From Amoebophrya sp. A120 (taxonomy: Eukaryota; Protista; Dinoflagellata), in contig CAJINV010000009.1 in assembly GCA_905178155.1 (NCBI GenBank), forward strand, positions 310,001 through 374,000: a DNA stretch of 64,000 bases, read 5' to 3'. Below the pieces are notes generated by a model. The model worked only from the letters and a program-made list of their open reading frames with translations. It was not told where the DNA came from and did not search any database. Made by a program: the position numbers and the translations under genes. Below, one piece after another: positions 1-13,600 of this stretch (position 1 is the first letter of the stretch; each line of letters starts with the position of its first letter).

Positions 1-106
1 CGTAGTCCAGCCTAGCACTATGGAAAAAATATATGTCAGCGTAGACCTGTTTTGCAACAGATGATTATAGTGCACGCACATCCACGATACGTCGATCGAT
101 TTCAGA

Positions 107-143
107 GCCGTAGCCATTTTGGCTCAAGCCAATTTGGCTCAAG
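107..143 (+). other. Dinoflagellate spliced-leader (DinoSL) sequence plus a tandem 5'-truncated SL relic
   Basis: 107-128 GCCGTAGCCATTTTGGCTCAAG matches DCCGTAGCCATTTTGGCTCAAG exactly. 129-143 CCAATTTGGCTCAAG is a 15-nt relic with one mismatch. No GT donor follows. Confidence 0.93.
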
Positions 144-1830
144 GAGCCTAACTTAGTAGAAACCTGTCGAGAGCGGGGCCCTCTGCACGGGGCCCCTGGA
201 GAGTATGTGTAGGCAGCCGGGTGCAGCCGGCTGCGCCCTAGATTCATTTATGCTACTAGTGAAAGTCACCGCCGCCGCCACCCAAGATGGTTCCATCCGG
301 CACCACCGTGCAGCTCTGTGACCCGAGGGAGATAGTCACCAACGCCAAACTCCAACCTTCCTCCGGCAGCGTCTAGCGCGAGGCCGTGCAGCAACAAGGG
401 CAAGCACGACGCGACCGGTGGGGGTTTCTCCCTCCACCGCCAGAGGCAGTGTGGCGCGTGCCGACCTTACCAAGGCCTCCGCGCACCGCCGGAGGATCTT
501 CGACGACGGACCGTGCCCGAAGCAAGCCGACCGCAGATGGACTAGCTCGTCGTGGTATTTTTTCAGCGAGCGGTGGAGCGTGTACTCGTGGCAAGGAGTC
601 TCTGCTCGAAGAGCTTCCGCAGGCCGTGATCGTGCGCACTGACTCTGGGCAACTTGTGGCGCCAAAGATTTGTCGTCGGGGGTTTGTATGTGCGTGTGGT
701 TAAAGTGGAGTATGGATAAATTTAAATTTTCTTTAACTATTGTTTTGTGTTATGCATGGCCTTCTTCTTCGTCTTCATCTCCAACTACGCATATTTTCAT
801 TTTGAAGTGTTTGTCTAGTTTGCGGATAATTTCGTTGTCGATCCCCGTGAAGCTGTCCTGTCATCGTTCAACAAACTCTCTAATATCAGGTATACGGCGC
901 GACTGTGCTGGGACGGGGCAAGCGATGGAGCGGCGACGGATAGTTAGAAGTAGAAGTAAAATCACCAAAAGCGCACAGCATAAGTAGTCTTAGTCGTAAA
1001 CTTGCAGTGTTAGCAATTAGCTTTTTGTAGCGCCACCCGTTGCGCCGGGCGAGTAGTTAGCTCCGTAAACGCACTGCGAAGAAGGTAAAGGGATGCTTTT
1101 CTCTATGCCAAAAAAGGCTTAAAATAGTCCATCCCTCACGCTGCCGTTGTGCCGGTGGTCGTGGCGTCGGGCGGAGGTTCGCGGGTGTGCCGGTCGTGCA
1201 CTAGAAACAAAAGTGTGTATAATAGTGCCGTGGCCCTCCTTATATAGTGCCCGTTCGTGTAGTTAGCATTCCGCGTATCGCCCTCCCATAGTTTAGGTTT
1301 TGCATTTGTAGAGACGCCTGCGCGGATCAGGTGCAGTAACCAAGCTCGGCAAGTAGCGCTCCGCGGGGAGGTAGTTTCGTGTAGTATACTATATTGTAAG
1401 GAAAAAAGGTGCGTAGTTCAGTGACCCTTGTTTTTTTGTTTTCAAAAACTACAGTAGAAAGTAAAAGCAAAAAGCACGAAGTTAAGAAGAAGAAGTTCAA
1501 AGCACGGAAAAAAAGAAGCTCACTATGAACTTGGGCAAAAAAGTAGCTTATGCAGCAGGAGTTTGTATGCGCTGCACCCAGCCCCGCCGAGCTACATACG
1601 CGCCCCAGTGGGTTAGAGGAAAAGTCTAGCAGGTCCCTAGGGTAGGAGTTTGATAACTTAGTTTTGTATGCTGGGCAGTTGCTGCTGTCCGGAGGCGTCC
1701 ACACTGCCTGATAGTAGTCGTGTGCCCGTGGCGCATAGCATTGCGTTGTTCCCTGCCCCTGTCTATCGAGCTTTGAGGTAAGAGGCCACCGCCACCGCGC
1801 CCGTAACTAACTACTTAACTAATAATGCGT

Positions 1831-1853
1831 CGAACTGAACTGAACTGAACTGA
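1831..1853. repeat. (GAACT)n pentanucleotide microsatellite
   Basis: cgaactgaactgaactgaactga. Confidence 0.8.
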
Positions 1854-3262
1854 CGAGGCGACGAGTTTAAATGTTTTAAAGCAACATTGGTATGGTCAGG
1901 AGGCGAATGCGATACTCTAGATCATACCGAATGCCAAGTCTACCTTGTCGCAGCTGCTATGGTCATGCCTTTTCGGGTCATAAAGTACTGGAAGAGAGTC
2001 AAGATTCCGGCGAAGACTCTCGGGAAGCAGCGCGGTGTCGACTACGTCCCGAAGACGAGGCGGAGCGACTTCGGCCTCTGTTTTTCTTGCGAGAAGAATC
2101 AGTCGCATGAGGAGAAGAAAAGAGTCGCGCGAGGAGCCGAGGCCCGCCCCTGCGATCGAAGTGCCGCGCGCGCAGGAATGCGCCCCATCCCCAGGCGCCC
2201 GCGTGCGGCGCCCTAGCGCGCGCGCGGGCTTGCCGTTTTCGTCGTCCTGCGCTTTGTTTCCGGCCGTCGTGGTGGGGGCCCCCGCCGTTCGGCCCCGGCA
2301 GGATCTGGGTGGCGGCTGCCGCGCGGGCCCAGTGTCGGCCCATCGCCTAGCGCCCCAGGCCGGCCGGCGCTTGCGAACAATGGCGCTGCGCGCTGCCGTA
2401 GGGTGGGGCCGGGGCGCGCCACCAGACAGCCTCGTGGCGCGGCGCGGGGGTGTCCGGCCCTGCCGCCAGCAGCATCGTGCGAGCAAGAGCGCCACGCAGC
2501 GCAGCTTGGCCGACAACTTCTAGCATTGTTGCTCGTGCTTGTATGGAATGAAAACAAAGAGACGAAAGACGTTTTGGACCTCCGCCTGGAATTGCCATAC
2601 AATGATATGCCATATCTTGTTCGAGGTGTTTCGTTCGTGTCATGATGCAGTGTGGAGCTCTGACGCATGCGCATCCGCAGAAACGTATCGGTGTCGGTCG
2701 TGAGAGAATCATGTAATTGCTGCGTGACTAAGTCTATGCTCCTCGGGGTCCTACATGCAAAGCGAGCTCATGTACTCACCAGAGATCGCTTCTGCCATTG
2801 ATTATTACGACCATGTAAAAGTTAAAGTGTAAGTCAGAGTAGTCTGGTTGCAGGAAAAGGATCTACCTTGCAAGTGCACGCTAGCAAGAATTCCACTTCT
2901 TCTACACCAACTTGATAAACAATAAGAATTATGAGGAAAGAAAAAGTAAAAGATCAAGCCGATGTCGATTGAGGTAGAGTGTATCTTCAGTACGCCCCAT
3001 GTACTTAACTGCTACTCCAAGATCCAAACAACGATCACACGAGTCCGCTACAGTTCCAGAAAACTTCCCCCAAAACTTTTAAGCGAAGCACCTCTCAACG
3101 ATCCTCAACGACTTTCTTTTAGAAACTAAAGAGCAAATACTTCACTCGCATCCTCACTGAATCTACTGAACAGTCCTGCCCTCCTACGTATATTTACCGC
3201 CAATACTCTTCTCCTTTTTTTACGATTTAGTTTTTTCCCGCACATTCCCCACCTCTAACAAA

Positions 3263-4321
3263 ATGCCGGAAGCCGTCCAGACTTTGCTGACCGAGCAGCC
3301 GGATGTGGCCGCCGTCAAGGAAGAGGTCGCCACCCAAGACGACGTCATCGTCGAGGGTCCGGCTCCTACCAAGGAATTCAACGAAAAGAAGTTGAAAGTG
3401 GTATTCGAGTTATACGTTTTTTTGTGCGCGGCTCTTGCAGCTGCAGCTAGAGCAGCAGCTTTAATAGCGGATGAGTTGTTGCATTTGCACAGACAATCCC
3501 GGCACTTCTTTCTTGCCTTGATACTGTCTGGAAAAATTTAGATTCTCCAAACAACAATCCAAAACAGATCGTCAAGGAAGGTGGTAAGCGCGGTGTCGAG
3601 ATCGAGGGCGCAGCTGATATGGGTGGTCTCCAGTTTTTTTGCACGATGATCGAAAAGCCGGAGGGCGACCTGGACCTCCTGATCGAGTCGATGAAGGCCA
3701 TGAACGCCAAATCCAACCCGTCTGAGGAGGAGCGCAAAGGTAGCTAATATGTCTTTTTCGTGAAATTTCCCGCCGAGAGGTCCGTCTGTCTGTGCGCAAA
3801 TGTCTAGAACCACATAGAAGCTCGAGCTCCTACTCGTAATCCAAGCGTTCCCTTGATGCTGATCTCCGAAGTTTTTCATTCATTTTTGCTTCATTTTGCA
3901 TCGATCCTCTTCCGTGACGTCATCTTCAACCACGACGGTTTTCCTATAAAATCTTTCAGGTGGCGCCGGCAAGATCGGAAAGATCATTTTCTCCTGCACG
4001 GAGAAGGCTTTCTCCGCCGTGGCCTACGTTCCGAAGAACAAGGCCGACGAGTGCAGCGCCTTCGAGTGGCTGTCCGAAGTGGTGAACAACGTGGCTGGCG
4101 CGAAGGGCGTCAAGCTGGTGAAGACTTTCGACAACATCGAGTCCAAGTACTGGGCCGCGGTCTGCGTTCCGTTCTCCCACGAGGAGGAGCTCTACCCGAT
4201 CAAGATGCGCGACCCGGCGATCTCCCACGCGTACACATATTTGAAGAAGAAGGGCCTGTTCCCGGAGGACGACTCCGATGACGAAGACGACTACGTCTTC
4301 GGTGACGACGACTTCCCGTAA
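3263..4321 (+). CDS. Conserved hypothetical protein, 3 exons (3263-3400, 3568-3739, 3960-4321)
   Basis: GT-AG introns 3401-3567 and 3740-3959 join in frame: ...KKLKV|IVKEGGKRGVEIEGAADMGGLQFFCT...EEERKG|GAGKIGKIIFS... The protein ends in an acidic tail (DDSDDEDDYVFGDDDFP) and has strong C/G-ending codon bias. Confidence 0.85.
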
Positions 4322-5616
4322 ACTCTTTCCATCTACTCCAAGGGATGGAGCGACTGCATACATTACTTGCGGTCCACCTCGTCGTGAAAAAATGAGCAGC
4401 TACACTAGTTGATGTTCTGCGCACTTTTCACTAGTTGATGTTCTGTTCTTCACGATTGAAATATGTGGAGGAAAAACTCGTCTTTAGCTATTCTGCAATA
4501 ATCCACATTTTTCATTTTTCTGTTAGCATAATTCTATACGCGACACTGCGGCGTCATAATCCATGACGACGGGAGGTGCAATTGCTGTTATTTTAGATTC
4601 TTTGAGACCATTGCTTTTCGTACGGGAGGATAGCGAACGCGCGACTATCTTCACGACGAAACATGCACGATTGAAAGCTGGTTGTGGCAAAACCTCCTAG
4701 ACGGCATGAAAAAGTTCTACGATACTTATTCATACTGCGATGTATTGCCATGGCGGATGTGTCTGTGAAAAAATTGTGATAGTGTGGCGACATCTGTTGA
4801 AAGAAGGTATTTAGTACATATGCGCACGACGACTACGACTACCAGCGTTTTTTTCCTAGAAAAATGACAATGGCATACGTAACATACGTGCATTAGCATT
4901 CAACTATGACCTGCCTGCTACGATAATCCAAGATTTTGCAGTAATGTCCGAAAAGACCTTTTGCGCACATGAAAATTAAGAACGAAAAAAAGTTGAGGTT
5001 GCGACGCATTCCTGAGACTCAGAAGGGCGATTCTAACGCCGAGGATCAATGTGAAAGCCTCTCGTTAGACTTTGCGAAGGTCAAGATGGCGAAGCAGTCG
5101 GAAGCAGCTTTTCCAAAATCGCGTTCTCATTCTAGCTGGATCTCGATTGTATTTCCGCGCCATTTTTTTTTTGGATCCGGATCGTGCCATTTTGTTGGAT
5201 CTAGCTGCAGCGCCGTAGGATCATGTTTTTGCTTTCCTCTTCGTGTTTCTCTCTAGGCACACCAGCGCCCGCCGCTCTAACAGGTGCGGGCGCAGATCAT
5301 CTTCTTTTTCCTCTTCGGTCTAATCGTAAAGATCGTTGTCACGCGGCGGCCTGCCTTGGTTGTGGACATGTGTCCGCACCTTGTGACGCGTCCCTTTTCA
5401 TTTCGTCAATCTCGGTCGGTGCGTCATGGCTTTACATTTCCGGTACTGAAAAAATTCGTATTTGTCTTTTCTGGTGGCGATAGTGATTCGCACCAACCAT
5501 TTCTTAAAGAGTGTTTTACCGAGGACTCTTTAATTTTGAGACGCAGTTTGGGAAACTTCTAAGTCCACGAAAAAATAAACCTTGTTTCAAGTCCTTCTCT
5601 AGCAAGACAAAAACCG

Positions 5617-8600
5617 ATGTCGTCTTCGTTTACCCCTCAGCACAGCCGGGGGCATCCGGGGCAGCATCATGTTCACCCGGGCGAGCAACAGGTCATGGAC
5701 GCCTACGTCCTCCCGACCATGCAACCACCGACGATAAACCTGACAACGGACGCGACGACCCGTGGCAATGGGGTAGACACCTCCATGTCCTCTGAGCAGC
5801 AAGCGCAGGCTGCGAAAGACCAACTGCGGAATCACGAGTGCACGATGTCGAAGTTGACGAACTACGGGTCCACCGTTCCCGGGGATTTTGAAATCGAGAA
5901 CTGCAGTCTGATTGAGAAGCCGGAGCAGACAAACGGGGACTTGAAGCACACACTCCTGGATTGCATCGGGTACTGCACGCGTCTTCCGCTCCGCGCGCCG
6001 AACTGCGACCACGAGAAACCAGAGACCATCGCAGAGAAGGCGAACGAAATTTCCGGAAACCAAATCGCCTTCGCGTGCCGTTGCTGCGGATCGCTCGTGC
6101 CGCCGAATTGCATTGGGATCTACGTGCACAACGGCATGGTGAAAGTGGTGTCGCCCGGGCGGTGGTTGTTGCGCCCCAGCCGGTCGCACTGGCAGACGCT
6201 AGACGAAAATTTGGATAAAAATGTCATCAAGTCGGGGACACTGTTGGTCGTGCGTGTTCCAATCGGGCAGATTGGGTTGTGCTTGGACAACGGAAATCCG
6301 CTGTTGCTCGGTCCCGGGTCGCACTGCTGCAACACAGGACTGGTAAAAAATATTTTGAGGACAATCTCGTAGCGAATCTAACGTTTGCGCTGCTAGTGTA
6401 AAAGAAAGAAATGGAAGTGTGACGGCTGTATGATGACAGGCTGCTTTTGAGTTTTCAAACAGAAAATCTAAAGAAGTAGTTTCCGTCGCACTCTTATCTT
6501 GTGTATTGTGGTTTTCTTTTTGGTGCAGTTGTGGTGTTCTTTTTTGAAAAATTCATTTAGGTCAGTATCTATCATCTTATTTGAAGGCCGCGTGGGGCCT
6601 ACCTTTTGTAGCCTTCACGCAAAGTAGGATGTTTTGATTGAAGGCGGTCAAAAACTTCAGCATAATCTCGTGCAAGCAAAACTTTCTAGGTACAATTCCA
6701 ACGTCTCGTCGATCAGTCTGCGGAGTATATCAGCCATGGACCGTTTCACTTGCTCCGCGTACCCCGGGGTAAATACGGAAAGTGTTGGGTGCCGCAGAAA
6801 GACACCGGCACCATTTCCCCGCGTTTGTTGGAAGAGGGATTTCACATCATCAACAACGTACTTTTCAGATTCGACGGTATGGTGGATGTGCGCAGTCCGC
6901 ACATCGAACACGGGTCAGTGCATGTGCTGCAAGTCGAGAAGGGGAAAGTCGCGAAGGTAGAACTTTTTGAACCAGGAGCTTGTGCTCGGTTTTTTACAAG
7001 AAAAAAGGTTTTGATGATTCATTTTCGTGTAAGTACTAGGGTATCTCTGCCTTTCTGCGAAGAAAAGCGAACAAAAAAAGGTATTCCTGGACAACATTCC
7101 GCGGCTCCTTGGGCCGGGTCGTCATGCGCTCGAGTCGGTGAATTTCCAGTACTGCGGAGTGGCGGACATGACGGACCAGGTCATCCGCCACGGCACGATC
7201 ACCATCCTCCGCATCCCGCTGGGGGAGATCGGGTTGGCCTGGCAGCTGAACGAGCCCTTTTTCATCGAGAGCAGCGGTCTGTACGCGTACAACTCGCCGG
7301 ACTTCACGTTCGTCGACCACGTGCCAGCGAACGAGAAGATCATCGAATTGGGCGCGAAAAAAATCTTGAGCGTGTGGACAGGCGAAGTCGGGATCACGTA
7401 CCGCAACGGCGAGCTGGATGTGCTGGACCACGGGCGGCACGTCATCGACGCGGCCACGCACGTTTTCGAGTGTTTCTTGTCCACCCAGCAGAAATCACTG
7501 CGACTGGTGTCAATGACGCAGGATCAGAAAAAGAAACGGTATGTTTTTATGTAGGTGACTTGCAGCTTGTGCTTGAGACCAGTGAGTTGTTTTGTTTCGC
7601 TAGAAGCAAAAGAGTAAGTACAAGTCGACCGCGATTATGTTGCAGATGAGTGCATGAAATAGTGAAAATCTACTGTCGTAGGTCTAGGTTTGAAGGTTTT
7701 GTGAGGAACTACTTCCACATCAAAATTTTGTGTCCTTCTTCACAGCGCGCAGACCCGGCAGGCCGCCCGCGAGCAGTACGAGCAGAAAGCAGCTGCTGCT
7801 GCCTGCACGGCAAAGAAACCGCCGGGCAACGTTCCCCACTTTACCAGCGGCAATTCGGATGCGCTCGTGGACACCGCGACGGGCGTTGTCTTTGGCGGCG
7901 AGAGCATCTTTTCCGGTGCGTTTAACAACAATAACGGCGGAAATGATAAAAAGGACAGCGCTGGAAATGCGTCGGCGAATAAGGACCCGGCCAAATCCGA
8001 AAACCGCAAGATCGAGAACAACGACCGCGCGGACATGCTGGCGTGTGAGACCAAGGATCTGGTGAAGGTGGGAATCCGCGCGGATGTCTTCTACAGTATC
8101 TGCGACCCGATCAAGTGCTGCCAAAAAATCTCCTATGACGAGATCGAAGACCTGGTGCGCGAGACCGCGATCGCCACGTTGACCAACATCGTGCGGTCTA
8201 CCGCTCTGAACGAGATTGCGCAATCGAAGTTACCAAGTGCCGTGTCGTCCGATCTGGCGGGGAGTAAGAACCAAGAGCTACAAGAGCAGATTCAAGCCTT
8301 CCGGGAGCAACACTACGCGAGCGCCAGCGCACCGCTGTTTTTTGACAAGGCGCACGACGACTTCCTATCCAAGTTGCACGACGACTTTTATTCGAGGTAG
8401 GAGACGTATGAGGGCATTATTTCATTGCTCATGTGTTTTGATGAACTCATCGGGGTCGTGTTTGTTTTCCGTTCGCAACAATTTTGATAGATCCTCCTCC
8501 TGCTCATGCTCATCTTCAGGATGAAACAGCGCTCTGCAAATGATTCAGGTATGGAATCGACATCGCTAACATTCGCATCGAGTCCTTCCAGATTTTCGAC

Positions 8601-9525
8601 GAAGAACTTGCGGAATCCATTTCACGGCAAGCTTTGGTAACCGCACAAACCGAGAATCAGCTCGCAAACTTGGCCGGGCAAACGGAAATTGCCATTGCGG
8701 AACAAAAGCGTATCGCTGAGGTACAAAATATTTCTGCGGAGGCCGAGGCACAATCTTTGCGGACCAGAGCCAATGCAGAGAACGAGCGCCGCATCCAAGA
8801 AGCACGTTCACAGGCGGAGGCAAAAAAGATTGCGATCCAGCAAGAGGCGCAGGCTTTTGTACTCTAGTTTTTTACTTTTTTTGGTGTGCAGATGGAGATG
8901 TAGAAGGCGTTTTCTTGTTACTGAGCATGCGTGCATGGAGTTGATTTTCTTGTATGATTGCGCTTGCGGTGGTGCCTCCGCAGGGGTCGATTGTGAACAC
9001 AAGAAGGTGTATATCTACATCCCAAAAATTTCTCAGGCGGAAGCGAAGATTACCAAGGCGCGCGCCGAGGCTGAGGCCGTGCAGACGGTCGCCGTGGCGG
9101 AGGCGAAACGCGCGGAATTGCTGAATGCGACGCCGTTGGGTTCGAAGATGACGCTGCTCAACATTCACTCGGAGATGGTAAAGGAGTGTAACCGGGGCGT
9201 GGAGAAGATCATTTACTGCGACCCGACGCTGCAGGGCACCGGGTCCGCCTTCGCGTTGCAAACGTTGCAGAGTTTGAACATGGACTTGAACGGGTTATCG
9301 CTCGTGGGGGAACACGGTGGCGCCGGGAAGGGAAACATTTCCCCGAAGTCCTCCAGCACCACGGCGAGCAGCACGCAGGGCAGCCCCATCCTCGACACGG
9401 CCTCGAGCTCGACCCGGGCAAGTGGCGGCAGCCTCTTGTTGAGCCAAGTGAATCAGTCGCTCGCGAGTAAGGGTGCTGGGGGCGGAAACAAAAAAATCAG
9501 TACGACCAGCACGATCGCCGAATGA
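5617..9525 (+). CDS. SPFH/Band-7 (vacuolin/flotillin-like) protein, 6 exons (about 5617-6342, 6690-6956, 7081-7538, 7746-8396, 8549-8852, 9037-9525)
   Basis: Repeated N-terminal units (RVPxGxIGL...LLGPGxH), an SPFH core (ETKDLVKVGIRADVFYSI.DP...LVRETAIATLTNIVRS...YGIDIANIRIESFQI) and an AEAEA-type coiled-coil tail. Splice sites join in frame; the fifth donor is either GC at 8853 or GT at 8859. Confidence 0.85.
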
Positions 9526-10647
9526 ATGACGGAAGGCTACGCCTGAGTGATGCTTGACATTCAAAAATCACATACGAAAAGGATTTACTTATACTTGAAT
9601 GCCCTGTAATCCCTATCCCCCGCATGCTGACGCAGTTTTGTACTTCTCTGAACCTACTAGATCAAGCCGCTTTTGCTTTTGAAGCCTTTTCAGAACTGAA
9701 AGTATCCGTATCGACGCAAAAATAAAGACTTGTTGATTTTTTATTGACGCATATAGTGATCGACATTTTCCCCGTGGACAATTGAAATGTACACAATCGT
9801 CGTAGTTTTGCCCTGTACGAGTTTTGTATCGTGATCTCTTTCACAGAACAAGTGAATTTCTAAATGTACACTTAACGAGAGCGAGTCAAACATCATGCGA
9901 TATATTGCTTACCTATTTTCGCTTTCCGGAGCACCAGCGCATATAGCTATCTAAAGCAAAGAATTGATGATCGAGAAGGTAAAAAACAAATCCCCGTGGA
10001 AAATGATTTTTTCGGAACTTCCATTCGACTTATTTTCATTTGGTAAGTTGTATTTTGGCCGTGACTTACGTTTGCTGCTGAGCGATGACCTTTGAAGAGC
10101 AGCTGTTTTTTAATAGGTTGGTCGGTGACGGAGACGCTCGGTTCCTGTTCCCGATCATTTTGCTTTTCATTGTCAAATGTACATGTCGTGCAATCGGTAC
10201 TCGCTCCCATCATCGGTTCTGAATTGCGAATGCAAGTATCGTCATGGCTCATGCTTTGGCTGTCGGTGTCCTCCGGGCAGGTAAGGTGCCCGTCGATTTC
10301 GATAAGCGAGGCCGCAGTTCGGCCGCCTGCCTCAGCGCAAGAATACCGTGCTTGTCTTAACAACATCAACATCTCGACGTCGGTCGAAAGTCTGGCTACG
10401 CAAAGATCCTTAGCATAAACGGACACTTTTTTCTGTCGTCACAGAGCACTTTTCTGATTTTCCCGGATATATCATTTTCGCCTCGGTTGCTGGTGAGGCC
10501 GCGCACGTGTATTTCGTGGCACTTTTTGCCCCGAGAGTTTAAATCCGTTTTTTTTTTACTTGCCATGTTGTGACTTGGTCGATTGATTGCGCATTTATTC
10601 TTTCCTTCACCTTATGTAAAAAAATCGCTATTCTACCATTGGACTAC

Positions 10648-13600
10648 ATGGAACAGTACCAACTTTTTCCCAAGGGAGCCAGCAAAGCGAAAAGTACGGC
10701 TTCCTCGAGCAAGAAGACCGTAGCCCCGGACGGGGGGCCCGCGAAGGCTGCGCCAGGCTTGCCGGCCATGTTCGACAAACTGGGGCGTACTCCTGACCGG
10801 GGCCAGCAGGCCGCAGCAAGCCAGCAAGACAGTGACGCGGAAACCTTTAACCCGACAGTCCAAAACGCGGATCATCTGAACCAAGAGTCCGTTTGGCTCG
10901 ATCTGGATGTCAACGCCGACAACAAGCTCGACCGGGAGGAGCTGCAGCCGGGCGTTGAGACCAACGACCTGTGCCTCTCGCGGGAGATGCTGGTGGAACG
11001 GCTGCAGCTGGAGAACGACCTGTTTGTGACGTTGGTCAAAATGCTGAACTTTTTCATCTACTTTCTCTTCTTCCTGGTTGCCATCTACATCTTCTACCCC
11101 GGTGCGCATGTCGCCAAAGTGCACGAGTTTCTCTTGGACCACTTCGACATCGGGCAGGAGTCGCTCCGTGAAAACGTCGTATCAATCGCGGACCTGTACG
11201 GCTTCATGTCTGACTTCGACAAGCAGAATCGGGCGCTGCGGCCGACCGACAAAACGTACTTGTGCGACCCCCGGTTCCTCAACCTTCCCCTGGGGTTGAC
11301 CCAGTCGGGCAAGCGACACGCGGAACACTTGGCGGAGCTCGAGGCGCACCTGCGGAGACTGAAGCAGGTAGAACGTGAATTGGACCAGTATAGCAAGGCG
11401 AGAAACCTTGTTCGAGATGATATTGACGAAGCAGCTGCGGGCAAAAGTGCTGACAATTATGCAGAAAATGGTGTAAATTGAGCGGATTATGATTACGAAG
11501 CGAAGAAGCAGGAGCACAGTCGTATTCTGCAGCTGTCCGAGGACTTTATCGAGGAGTACTTTGGCGACTCGCCCTGGGTGACGAACGTGGACAAAATGAA
11601 CAGTCTGACCAACGTGTATTCCCGCCCAAACACGCTGGGCAAGGACCTGCATGGGCACGATTGGAAGCTGTACGACTGCGCGATTCCGACCTTTCCGGAG
11701 ATCAGGGATTTTGTGGGCACCCTGCACAAGCGCATGAAGGCCGCGGGCGTGGACGCGAACGTGCGGTCGAGCTACACACCGTTACCAGAGAACAGCTACG
11801 AGCGGAATGGTCCGTCAGGCGGCGCTCATCGCCGGAATTTGAACGCCATTGACCCGCAGACGGGGGAACTCCTGCGCACGGAAGCGCAACTCACGGAAAA
11901 GGAGAAGTCGGCGAGCAGCTACCAACTGCGGAAGCTGTTGCGCAAAAACGGCTTGAATGTGAAGAAAAGTCTCAGAATTTTGAGCGGAAATCAAGAGGGC
12001 GACGCCAGTAACTCTCTGACGCTCGACGAGATCGCGCGCATGCCTGAGGCGCAGTTACGCAAACGGATCCTCGAAACCGGCGAAGAGGTCAGGGACAAGA
12101 GCAGCAGAAGTGCAGCAGGACCCACGATTAGTGCAAACGAAGAGGGCCGCGAGGACTACCTTGACGACAGAACCCCAGACAGACGGACAAAAACCGGATT
12201 GCTAGCGAACATGCACGAATTCGTGTTCGGTTCGTCCTCATCGAGGACGTCGAAACGCAGAACACAGCAAAGCACGTCCGCAACATCTGCGTCAAAGCAT
12301 TTCCGTCGCGACCTGTTCGAGGCTGTGACAAACAGTCCGGAAATGAAGAGAAAGAAACTAGAGCTCGTTTCTGAACATGATTCTCTGTGGCCAACAAAAC
12401 ACTCAGCAGCAGGAGCATCCATTGCTTCTTACTTCCAGGCACTGATGCCGTTCAAGAATCAGGAAGATGAAAATCTTTCCTGGGTCGATTCTACCGCACT
12501 GTATGAGGAAGAGCACAACTTGTTTTCTGATGACGAGGGTGACAAGGCGCTCCGGAAACTGTTGAATCAGCCGAAGAACAAGAACCCAGCGGAATCGCGT
12601 GCAGAAGAGATCAAGCGCTTGGTGGCGGAGAATGACAGATTGTACGACGAGAAACGAACACAAGCTAAGCAACACGCTTCAACATCATCACGACCTTCTA
12701 CGCATGCGGAAAACTCCGTCGGGGGCCGACAATTAAGCAACTCCGACCGCGCGTGGTGGCACTACGACGAGACCGGTGCGAAGAAGGCGACGTCGACTTT
12801 ATCTGCAGTCGAGTCTCGTCGCCACCAAAAAGCCGCCCGCCTGTCAGAAGAACGCGGAAAGCGCGACGAAAAACTACAGTACTTGAACAGCATGAAAACA
12901 AAGAAGGAAGAGAAGAAAAACGGGGAAAAATCTTCTGCGAAACGGGAACTGGCGCCGAAATCCGAAGACGGCAGCTACAACATTCCCTCGCTAGCGTATC
13001 GGAACCCTGGCTCTTACGCGTTTGGCACGATTAAGAAGAAAAGCTGCAGCCGGGCACTGCGCGTCAGGAGGCGGTCATTGGAAGAGATGGAGCGATTCGA
13101 AGCGGATGAAAGTAAGTAGTACTTTCGGAACTTTTCAGGTAGCGGACGATGAAAAGCAAAATCCCTTCGCGGACACTGCAGGCTCCGCTTCCGAGGGCGA
13201 AGCAATCGCCTTGCAGCGACGAAAAGCCAACGGCTTGCTGGACGAGGAGAGCGACCCATTCAGTGACGAGAACGAAGATGCCCTCGTCCGTCAGCTCGCG
13301 ACGGAGACGTGCTGCGTCTGCACGACGGTGCACCGGGAACTGTTGGAAGACGGAACTGCGCCCGGACGGCAGCTCGCCGCGTCTTCCACCACCGCCACAT
13401 GTGCCTCGGACCCGCCAGCGACGGTGCGGCTGCGGTTGCGGAAACTGGCCGTCGCAGCCTCGACCACGACCAACACCACGGTCACGACGGCAGAGCCACT
13501 CACCATCGAGGAAATCGAACATTTGGTCTTTCCGAAGTACAGCCAGTGTCCGATGGGCACGGGCAACAGCACGTCCTCGCGGATGCTGCAGGAGGTCGAG

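Noticed and set aside
107-200. SL RNA gene
   Set aside because: The SL exon is followed by a second SL relic, not by a GT donor and SL intron.
4403-4445. 17-bp direct repeat CACTAGTTGATGTTCTG (two copies)
   Set aside because: Only two copies with a 9-nt spacer in a 3' UTR; a simple local duplication, not a CRISPR array.
9947-10426. 159-aa minus-strand ORF
   Set aside because: Intergenic composition, no motif and no codon bias.
11479-11481. In-frame TGA between two same-frame ORFs, suggesting stop-codon reassignment or readthrough
   Set aside because: A 144-nt GT-AG intron (11368-11511, with GAAGCAG|G at both junctions) removes it. Other long exons have no in-frame stops and genes end in TAA, TAG or TGA normally.
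13105-13185. Apparent frameshift in the channel gene
   Set aside because: It is explained by a GTAAGT donor at 13112 with an in-frame AG acceptor at 13181 (or 13142).
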